From Chlorokybus atmophyticus (lineage: Eukaryota; Plantae; Mesostigma and Chlorokybus algae): a stretch of 7,391 bases of DNA. The stretch lies in NCBI GenBank assembly GCA_009103225.1, contig RHPI01001168.1, positions 101,658-109,048 on the forward strand, given 5' to 3'. The notes beneath the pieces are model-generated. The model ran no database searches, was not told the origin of the DNA, and was given only the letters and a program-made list of their open reading frames with translations. Made by a program: the position numbers and the translations under genes. The stretch's first letter is position 1. Every line of letters begins with the position of its first letter. This document shows positions 1 through 7,295 of the stretch, one piece after another.

Positions 1-157
1 TTTCTCATAAGCTTGTACTAGCTACATGCCACACTTGAGCCCTATTTAAGCGGGCCCTTTCTATTCCATTAATTCAGTCTTGCTTATTATCACCTGCTCA
101 GTGTGGCTTGCTATATGCATGTGAGATGCCGCCGTTATAGTGAGTGCCGACATTACA
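1..157 (+). mobile_element. 3' part of an LTR (5' LTR of a retrotransposon; start lies outside the window)
   Basis: Ends in ...CATTACA (CA at 156-157), followed by a 1-nt spacer and a TGG-starting PBS, then a leader and a gag-like ORF. TATA-like TATTTAA at 43-49. Confidence 0.7.
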
Positions 158-158
158 T

Positions 159-172
159 TGGTGGAGACGCGG
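159..172 (+). promoter_or_regulatory. Primer binding site complementary to a tRNA-Ala-type 3' end
   Basis: TGGTGGAGACGCGG; reverse complement CCGCGTCTCCACCA matches the plant cytosolic tRNA-Ala 3' end as I recall it (CCGCATCTCCA+CCA) at 13/14. Canonical position 1 nt after the LTR CA. Confidence 0.72.
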
Positions 173-301
173 ATTGAGTGCCTTTTCACCACTCACCGCC
201 CCTGCTTACGACAATTCAGTTATATATTGTCACCGATTTTATTCTTTTTTCTGTTACCGGCTCCGGCATTTTATCTTTATTTTCAGTCAACGTTGACCTT
301 C

Positions 302-619
302 ATGGCGCATAACACACGCGGCCGAGCCGCCGAAGGCAACGTGACCCCTCCTGAAGCAGACTCGGCGTCCGCCGCCATGGCGGGCGTCCTCGACCGCATT
401 GTTGACAGGCTTGAGCACCTGTCGGCGACAAACCCCAGTACCGCCGCACAGTCCGCGGCTCAGCAGCAGGCGGGCCGCGACCGACGCGCCCGGCTTGACA
501 AGTTTTCAGGCGATCGCACCAAGGAAGTACGACACTGGCTTGCCGAGGTCAGCCAGTACGCCGAGTACCATGGATGGGACGACGCCGTAACAGTACCTTC
601 TAACTCAAAGCGTCTCTAG
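302..619 (+). pseudogene. gag: Truncated Gag (N-terminal linker and start of capsid-like domain), probably Ty3/Gypsy
   Basis: ATG at 302 after a pyrimidine-rich leader: MAHNTRGRAAEGNVTPP...RLDKFSGDRTKEVRHWLAEVSQYAEYHGW. The kFsGd...WL...Y pattern is typical of retrotransposon Gag. GC-rich coding character stops at about 586 and the frame ends at TAG 617-619. No pol in the window. Confidence 0.72.
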
Positions 620-700
620 AGACGCTCGAGTATGTGTGTCCGGAGACGCTGCGCGTCTCCAGGCAGCAGTTAAGGTAGGTACTATAAAGGGTACCTAACC
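609..700. repeat. Cluster of palindromes/hairpins
   Basis: Perfect 18-bp palindrome AGCGTCTCTAGAGACGCT (609-626); GGAGACGC-tgc-GCGTCTCC (642-660); AGGTAC-tataaagg-GTACCT (677-696). Confidence 0.9.
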
Positions 701-861
701 AAGCAGCATTGTCGATATCATTTCTTAATAGATGTCTACGCAGGCTGACCATGGATATCCACTGTAGTTTCTTAACAGAATTAGGGTTTGCTTAAGGCTT
801 GCTTAGGGTTTCAGGCGGTAGGTACTGGCGCAGCGGCGGCAACATTGGCGGCGTGAGCGAC

Positions 862-897
862 CAGCAGGGTGATCAGCAGGGTAATCAGCAGGGTGAT
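862..897 (+). repeat. 3 x 12-bp tandem repeat CAGCAGGGT(G/A)AT
   Basis: CAGCAGGGTGAT CAGCAGGGTAAT CAGCAGGGTGAT read directly. Confidence 0.95.
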
Positions 898-1039
898 TAG
901 CGGCAGGCGGTAGCCGACTGCTGACGGGTGGGGCGGCTCCAGGCAGAGCGCCGACCTTAGGGCATCTAGGCACTATATGTTGTATTAAACGCTAATTGGT
1001 AACTTTCTGTTCTGTTTCTACAAATGAAGTCATTCTTGC

Positions 1040-1540
1040 AGTGTGCGTGTGTATACATGTGTCCAGCGTGCGCGCGTGTGTATACATGTGCATCGTGCGT
1101 GTTCTTGTATATCATGTGCTAGGCGGGCTAGAAGGTAAGTTGAAGCGCTGTTGGTGTTGGGTTTTGCAGTTCTTGCACTGTGCGTGAGCGTGTGCATGTG
1201 GCTAGCGTGTATATGGCCAGCGTATGTGCAGGTGAGTGTGAGTGTGAGTGTGCTTGTGCATGCGTCCAGAGTTGGTGTGCGTATGTGCATGTCTATGCAT
1301 CCAAATTGTGTGTCTTTCACGTGCATACGCGTGCTTGCGTGCAGAGTTGCTTGCCATGCGGGTGGGTTTTGCGTGCATATGGAGTAGTGTGTGCGTGTGT
1401 GTTGTGTGTGGTTGTGTGTCTCACATGTGTGCAACACTCCAGGCGTGTTTGCGCGCACAATAGCATCAGACATGCGCACAATGCTCACATTGGCGTACAA
1501 TCAACAGCATCACACAGCTCTGCACAGCTCTGCACACACA
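1040..1540. repeat. Low-complexity (GT/GTGC)-rich then (CA)-rich non-coding tract
   Basis: Runs of gtgt/gtgc/catg; local duplications GCGTGTGTATACATGTG (1046-1062, 1074-1090) and CAGCTCTGCA twice near 1515-1534. ORFs here are V/C/H/T-rich artefacts. Confidence 0.85.
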
Positions 1541-1557
1541 CTCGATATTGGGGTTAA

Positions 1558-2554
1558 TTGGCAAAATCTGCTCATACCAAGTGACACTTATGTTGCTAGG
1601 TCGTGATGATGTGGCGCGCAGTTTTACGAAGTTTTAAAGCCCTTGGAAGCTTGGAATGGATGTCTTGGGCCTTGCCTGCGCCACTTGTGGACGTGTCTAC
1701 AAGTGGCGTCAGTCTCCAGCTCTGTTCTTCACCCAGTTCTTTCGCAGCAGTTGCGTCAGCACGTCACAGCTGGTCATCACACATAAGCCAACACGTTCTG
1801 CCAAAGGGCTAGACATCTCATGGCTTCCATTTGCTGCTGCGGCAACACTTGCAACTACACAAGTATGATTCGCCATTACACCTTGTGCTTGATACATATC
1901 ACATCGTACCATTCATATAGAATGTGTGCAGGCTCACATGAGTGATGACGATGATGACCAGCAAGCTGGCATTGCACCCACTACCAGGCCGGGTTTAACG
2001 GAGCTCTTATCACGCAAGCATGAAGAGCGGCCGAAGAACACCAGAGTAAAGTACATGAGAGGCGTCAAGATCTATCAGGTAGACATGAGTGCATACAACT
2101 ATAGTAAGCATGTTGTTAACAATATTGTGGTAGGAATGGTGTGAGAAGAATGGTCACCAGCGGCGTGTGGACATCAGCACTTGTGAGCGGTTCATGTTGG
2201 AACATCAACATGAATCTTGGCACAAGTTGGAGAACGTTGTCAAAAGTCTGCAAGACGCTGCCAAAGACCAGTCTTTGCAAGAAGGTGTGCCAGCTATTGA
2301 TCTGCGCGAGAACCATGCAATCAGGTTGGTTTTGAAGAATGCTCGCCAATTTATTTTCGATAAAGCAAAAAGGTAATTTGCTAACTTGCTACATGCTTCA
2401 ACTCAAACAATAACTTCTTAAATGTTTTGACCAATAAGCAAGTTGTGCGTAGGGAGTTCAAGGACCGGCTGGCAGGCACTAGTGCAGAAGCGTATACACC
2501 TGTAGATTATCGCAACATGAATGCTTATTGGTTGGGAAAATCTGCTCATACCAA
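1558..2554 (+). repeat. 23-bp dispersed direct repeat (1558-1580 and 2532-2554)
   Basis: TTGG(C/G)AAAATCTGCTCATACCAA, 22/23 identical with an 18-bp exact core. The second copy lies inside exon 3 of the recombinase gene. Confidence 0.92.
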
Positions 2555-4782
2555 TAACATCCCTAAGCAAGCTTCGGCTTTAAGAGCAAGGTATGGTTGA
2601 GAGCACAGTCTGCTCACGCACAGCCATATCTTTCATGTTGCTGATTTTGGCAACATGCAGATTGGATCTAGCGTTGCGACATACATGCCTCACGCGCGGT
2701 GACGTTGCAAGGGCTTGCGAAGAGTGTGACTTCTATAGTTACCAAATTCCTCAAAACTCTTTAGGGCCGGACCTTGGTGTGATGATTTGCTTTGTATCTC
2801 GCAATGGAAAGATGAACAAGGTATTCATTAACATCTGTCGATCATGTTGTGGCACATGACGTTTCCGTGTTTCATAGCTGCGAACGTTGCTATTCTTGTG
2901 CATAGAATGGCAACACGGAGTATTTCGGAGGTCTGCGCCACTGGAGTCCAATAGGATGTTGGCACAACGCGCTAGCATTCCATTGGTTTCACAAGTACCA
3001 TATGCTGCAGCGACCATTTCCGGACTTCACATCACGGGCAACCTGGTGCGTGCGGTGCGTGCAGTTGTGTGCAAGTGCGTGCCCATCTTATGAATGCGGA
3101 GTTACAGGTATGGAGAGCCTCTATTCCCTGGTGAGAAAGAGGGTCAGCACCTGACCTACAGACAACAATACAACCACGCATGCGAGGGGTTCCGGGAATG
3201 CGGCATTGTGCTGGGCAGGTCTAAAGTTCATGCATCGCGCAAAGAATCATCACAGCAGGCAATGAACGCTGGGTAAGTAGATTAAGGGTGTGGACATGTC
3301 TTCTTTATCGACAGCTTGATATTGTACACATAAATCGACATTACTATAATGCAGGGCTACAGAAAGTGGTGTGAAGCAAAATGGCCGATGGAATAATGAC
3401 CATTTCAACCTGTCCTACGTCACACAGCTGGACGTCACAACATGCGCAATTATTGCAGGTAACAACGGCACAGTCACTGTAATGGTCTGATGATTTTGCA
3501 TGTATTCATCTACAATTGCATTGTAGGGCATGGACATCTAAATCACCCCAACAAGCATGTGTTGGCTCGTTTGCGGTTCCGCTTGCCACAAAACATCTGC
3601 ACTCAAATTTTTCCCGGCTTGGAGTTTGCACTGAATGATGTGCGAAAGGTATTGCTTGCTCGCTCATGATTAAGCGAGTGCATTGTCGTTGTTTATGGCT
3701 GCCAGCGTACATGTCCCTCATATACAAACTTGGCTCTTGCAGCGGTGTTTGCATGGCAGAGATCAAGAGCGGGACTTTGCAGCATTTAAGCATTTAGAGT
3801 TGCTTGACTACTTGCGCGATGTTGTAGGGCAGGTATGTTTATGGTTGTTCAAAAACTTGTGCCTTGTGCATGCTTTGATGCATGTCTTCTTGCTGGCAGG
3901 ATGTCGCCATTATGCGGCAAGAAAATATGCAACTACGTGGTGAAACAGTTGATGGCTTCCCTACACTTTCTGTTTGTGAACACGAGTTGTTTCAAAATGC
4001 AGAATTTGATCAATGGGCGGACGAAGTGGTGGCGTCGCATAATGAGTCCATGGTGGACGCTAATACACAGTATGACGAACTGCCGGATCGGGTACGTATT
4101 GCTATAGATGCAAGCATTGCACATACACAGCACTAGTTGTAAGAGCTGTTCATACACACAGACTACATGCACAGCCTCTTACATGCACAGTTTTGTGAAA
4201 CAGCTCGCTGTCATTTTGCAAGACAACCATGCAATCATGAAGGCGACACAGGACTCGGTGCTGTTGGTGAAGAGGTCAGTGCATGAGCTGAAGGCGAGCA
4301 ATCAGAGTCAAGACTCTGAGTTGCAGCAGATCAAGGCTCGCATGCATGTCCACGAAGGCTATTTGCGTACAATTGCAGCTGGGCTACACATCACTTTACC
4401 GTCAGTGTCGACGACCACTCAGCAGGTGCATCCCCGCAGTCAACGACCAAGCAAGCGACATCGTCGTCATAGGCGAGCGAACGAGCCACCTGCAAGGGTT
4501 GAGGTACCTGATGCTGCCGCCCAGTCCACAGCCGCGCAAGCAACCACGACTGCATACGAGCCTGTGGATGCGCCACCACCTCCTCCATACCAGATGGCAG
4601 TAAACATGGCTACCGTTGTTGATGTATGGACAGAATATGTGCGTGGCATCGATGGGGGCCCAGCAGTGCAGGAGTTGGACAGAAAGTTTGGATCTGCCTG
4701 GCGGTGCGGCAACGAGCGCATGCGCAAGCAATATGGGAAACGCAATGTCTTGTACAAAGCCATCAAGGAGATGGCAGCGTCA
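1938..4782 (+). CDS. Crypton (CryptonF-type) tyrosine recombinase with NDC10_II-like catalytic domain and C-terminal GCR1_C-like domain; 11 exons, 3' end lost in the gap
   Basis: Manual splice model: join(1938..2078,2134..2372,2453..2590,2661..2820,2906..3045,3108..3272,3355..3458,3527..3648,3743..3832,3900..4091,4204..>4782). All introns are GT-AG, phases are consistent and there are no internal stops (690 codons). The last acceptor could instead be 4161/4162. Motifs: KIYQ|EWCEKNG; HTCLTRGDVAR (R 2695-2697); SRNGKMNK (K 2809-2811); EYFGGLRH...CWHNALAFHWFHKY...PFPDFTSRATWY; TYRQQY...KVHASRK (H 3229-3231, R 3238-3240); GRWNND (W 3389-3391); LSY (Y 3416-3418); QIFPGLE; LLDYLRDVVGQD. Confidence 0.9.
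4588..4782 (+). other. GCR1_C-like DNA-binding domain (N-terminal part) of the Crypton protein
   Basis: YQMAVNMATVVDVWTEYVRGIDGGPAVQELDRKFGSAWRCGNERMRKQYGKRNVLYKAI fits the GCR1_C pattern (TV.dvW.Ey..G..G.P.v..Le..yG..WR...y.rR..i...I). Recognised by eye, not by HMM. Confidence 0.85.
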
Positions 4783-5070
4783 NNNNNNNNNNNNNNNNNN
4801 NNNNNNNNNNNNNNNNNNNNNNNNNNNNNNNNNNNNNNNNNNNNNNNNNNNNNNNNNNNNNNNNNNNNNNNNNNNNNNNNNNNNNNNNNNNNNNNNNNNN
4901 NNNNNNNNNNNNNNNNNNNNNNNNNNNNNNNNNNNNNNNNNNNNNNNNNNNNNNNNNNNNNNNNNNNNNNNNNNNNNNNNNNNNNNNNNNNNNNNNNNNN
5001 NNNNNNNNNNNNNNNNNNNNNNNNNNNNNNNNNNNNNNNNNNNNNNNNNNNNNNNNNNNNNNNNNNNNNN
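4783..5070. other. Assembly gap (288 N)
   Basis: Run of N; it probably hides the end of GCR1_C and the stop codon. Confidence 1.
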
Positions 5071-5307
5071 CTTCTCTGTTGCAATTACTACCCAGTGCCA
5101 ACCATTGCATTATGTCAATAGCTATATAGCGCCATTTGCTATAAACTATAAGCAAGCCACTTTTCACCTGCGGTTGCCAAAGCTTTGACTCGCTAACAAT
5201 GGCTCATGGCGCAATATGTGGACATGCAGCATGCCCTAGAGGATGCAGACACACATGCACACATATGCGCAACTTGTTTGAGGCTATTGTGGATGGGCCA
5301 TGCACAC

Positions 5308-5362
5308 TGTAAGAGACCCTCAATATGCAAGCGGTAAACACACATACAACAATAGTGTGTAA
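5308..5362 (+). terminator. Possible UGUAA-type polyadenylation signals for the recombinase gene
   Basis: TGTAA at 5308-5312 and 5358-5362 downstream of the gene. UGUAA is the chlorophyte poly(A) signal, but a 5-mer is weak evidence. Confidence 0.25.
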
Positions 5363-5519
5363 GGCTGTATGCATATACACTTTGGCCAGTCACTGACTAA
5401 GTACTAGAAGAAAGGACCAAATTCTCTTCTGACACTTGACGAATGCACGCAACACTAGCATACAATTGTGTAGACACGATGGGGGTGCTACGCTGACCAA
5501 CACAACATGTACATGATTA

Positions 5520-5670
5520 CGTATATATGTGTATTATAATGAATAAACTTATATATACATGTGTTAATTGAATGCCTCATAGATTTATTTATATATATAA
5601 ATAGGGTAGTTGATAAATACATATATTACAACATACACGTACATATATATATATATATATGTATAGCATA
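5520..5670. repeat. AT-rich tract with (AT)9 microsatellite at 5643-5660
   Basis: Sharp drop in GC with tatatata runs. Confidence 0.9.
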
Positions 5671-5756
5671 CATCGTCGCAATATGTTTTCCCTGCTGGCC
5701 GACTAAATTTTGGCAACGGCCGTGCACCTGAGGACACTAATTTAGACTGTCGTGGC

Positions 5757-6197
5757 TCAGGCCACCTGTAATCTTGATACAGGGACCTAATAGTAACTTT
5801 CGTTACTGTCAGGCCCTTTTTATTACAATTTAGTCTTTAACAGTTGACTATGCCTAACTAACAGGCGCCTAATAGTTACCTATCAGGCGTTAACAGGTGA
5901 CTTTAAATAATTTACAGGCACCTGTCAGTCACACATCAGGCCTTGACAGGTGACTTTATATAATTTACAGGCACCTGTAAGTTACACATCAGGCCTTATT
6001 AGGTGACTACAACTAATCAACGGGCACCTGTAAGTTACACAACAGTCTTACTTAGGTGACTCAGCCTATGTGACAGGCACCTGCAGGTTACACACCAGTC
6101 CAGCGCAGGCGACTAAGCTTAATTCACAAGCACCAACTAGGTAATTATCGACAAAATAAGGCATTCTTTAACAACTGAAGGTGACCAATGCCTAACT
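5757..6197. repeat. 53-bp tandem minisatellite with internal inverted arms
   Basis: Five exact-length units start at 5861, 5914, 5967, 6020 and 6073 (consensus about ACAGGCACCTGTAAGTTACACATCAGGCCTTAACAGGTGACT+AT-rich spacer). Degenerate or partial units lie at 5757-5860 and 6126-6197. Confidence 0.92.
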
Positions 6198-6494
6198 GTC
6201 GTCATATGTATTTGCATAGCTTGACTACATGCGACTGTCACTGACTTTCAGCATTGTTATGTGCCTGTGCTGTGTACATGTACCTGAAATGTGTACAGTG
6301 TCTCTCAGTCACTTGCCAAGGCTTGTAGTTCGATTATGTGACTCGAATGCAGTTCTGTTGTATATCATAGGGATGCAAGTATTGATGTGCATGAGCATAA
6401 TGACAATTAACTGAGCTGGTTTAAGATGCACAACACTCAGTTACAAGAATCTTGTAGCTATGTACACTACCAGCTAAACGGACTACCAACCGCG

Positions 6495-6734
6495 CTACAG
6501 CTCCTCTCCATCATCGCTGGTCTCATCATTACGGAACAAAGCACCACGCGCTGGGGCCTGTGGAGGAGATGCCGGAGCTTGCTCTTCCTCTCCAAACGGT
6601 TGTGCCAGCCAATCAAATGCCGCTTCTGCCTTAGCGAGCGGGTCACGAGCTGCTGTCTCTTGCGGCCGGCGCCGATTGGGATCTTTCAGGTATTCGACAC
6701 AAGATGCAGTGCGGCGTTTCACAAGGGTGAATGG
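6495..6734 (-). CDS. Possible terminal exon of an unidentified gene, acidic low-complexity C-terminus
   Basis: Open frame PFTLVKRRTASCVEYLKDPNRRRPQETAARDPLAKAEAAFDWLAQPFGEEEQAPASPPQAPARGALFRNDETSDDGEEL*. In-frame CTCCAG acceptor-like site at 6740-6735 and TGTAA at 6445-6441 after the stop. No recognisable domain. Confidence 0.33.
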   Translation of the reverse strand, partial: PFTLVKRRTASCVEYLKDPNRRRPQETAARDPLAKAEAAFDWLAQPFGEEEQAPASPPQAPARGALFRNDETSDDGEEL

Positions 6735-6793
6735 CTGGAGGTGTCACGAATTGGGATAAATTGTGACACACCTCACTCATGGTAGTGTCTTTT

Positions 6794-6876
6794 ACTACCA
6801 TAGCCTAGTGGTCGGGCCCCAATTGTTACAATGGTTTCGGAGCTTGACGTCTCAGGTTCAATTCCCGTAGGGGACT
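6794..6876 (+). ncRNA. tRNA-derived (SINE-head-like) Pol III unit, copy 1
   Basis: A box TAGCCTAGTGG (6801-6811) with D-stem GCCT/GGGC; B box GGTTCAATTCC (6855-6865); A-rich CAAAAACAAAAACA follows at about 6892-6905. Anticodon arm, T stem and downstream acceptor strand do not pair well, so it is not a normal tRNA gene. Confidence 0.55.
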
Positions 6877-7212
6877 GAGGCAGATCCAAGGCAAAAACAA
6901 AAACATTTGGGGCGGCTTGCCCTAGGCTGGGCGCGGGATCACGACCTGCGCGCCGAGCCAGTTCAACCTAAGGCCGCGTGAGCGGTCGCGCTGCGATGGC
7001 AGGTCGCGCGGTGAGGATGGCCGTTCGGTCGGTCAGGACCGTTCGTTGGCCGGATCCAACAGGCCGCGGGCAGACCGATTGTGGTACGGCCGCGAAAACG
7101 GCGACGTGGGCTAGTGCCTCATTGGATTATGAGGAACTCATGGGTTAAATTGGGGAGGAATGTCACGAATTGGGATAAATTGTGACAGACCTCACTCATG
7201 GTAGTGTCTTTT

Positions 7213-7295
7213 ACTACCATAGCCTAGTGGTCGGGCCCCAATTGTTACAATGGTTTCGGAGCTTGACGTCTCAGGTTCAATTCCCGTAGGGGACT
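7213..7295 (+). ncRNA. tRNA-derived (SINE-head-like) Pol III unit, copy 2
   Basis: Identical to 6794-6876; A box 7220-7230, B box 7274-7284. Confidence 0.55.

Larger units (their letters stand above)
586..1022 (+). mobile_element. LTR-like/promoter-like segment interrupting gag (possible solo LTR of another family)
   Basis: Starts CGTAAC (one change from TGTAAC) and ends TCTACA. TATAAA at 683-688, ATTAAA at 984-989 followed by a T-rich tract. No TSD (GACGC vs AATGA) and no PBS after it, so the call is tentative. Confidence 0.33.
1023..6200 (+). mobile_element. Putative Crypton DNA transposon (boundaries approximate)
   Basis: An intron-containing YR plus GCR1_C gene without RT is the known CryptonF architecture. 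No termini were identified; the span is bracketed only by flanking unrelated features. A domesticated host gene cannot be excluded. Confidence 0.55.

Noticed and set aside
140-301. N-terminal extension of the gag ORF from GTG 140 with a hydrophobic stretch
   Set aside because: It crosses the LTR end and PBS; the hydrophobicity comes from the T-rich leader. ATG 302 is the better start.
781-961. Telomere or interstitial telomeric array
   Set aside because: Only isolated TTAGGG words, no tandem run.
811-972. Minus-strand frame ...LITLLITLLITLLVAHAANVAAAAPVPTA* resembling a membrane peptide
   Set aside because: No start codon before the upstream in-frame stop; the pattern comes from the 12-bp repeat.
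996-1606. Several overlapping ORFs in the GT/CA-rich tract
   Set aside because: V/C/H/T-rich translations typical of dinucleotide repeats, with no domain resemblance.
4108-5188. ORFs running through the N gap, including the 337-aa ORF and its stop at 5121
   Set aside because: Frame across the gap is unknowable. Only 4204 (or 4162) to 4782 on the plus strand is supported as coding.
1557-5717. TTGGCAAAAT (1558-1567) versus ATTTTGGCAA (about 5707-5716) as subterminal inverted repeats
   Set aside because: Only 9/10 identity, too short to be significant.
5757-6197. CRISPR-array interpretation of the 53-bp repeats
   Set aside because: Whole units are homologous, with no unique spacers. The context is eukaryotic and no cas genes are visible.
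1105-6368. TTGTATATCAT at 1105-1115 and 6358-6368 as terminal direct repeats of the Crypton
   Set aside because: An AT-rich 11-mer is plausible by chance over these spans, and nothing independent supports these boundaries.
6794-6876. Functional canonical tRNA gene (including tRNA-Sec, given a similar D loop and B box)
   Set aside because: No proper anticodon stem-loop or UCA anticodon, T stem pairs only 3/5, and there is no downstream acceptor strand.
7082-7135. PBS candidates TGGTACGG (7082) and TGGATTATGAGG (7123)
   Set aside because: The first has no preceding CA. The second matches no tRNA 3' end I know; its resemblance to a tRNA-Met anticodon arm is only 10 nt, and it is also explained by a local hairpin with CCTCAT.
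6742-7160. Hammerhead ribozyme (retrozyme) in the 419-bp unit
   Set aside because: No CTGANGA core found on either strand by eye.
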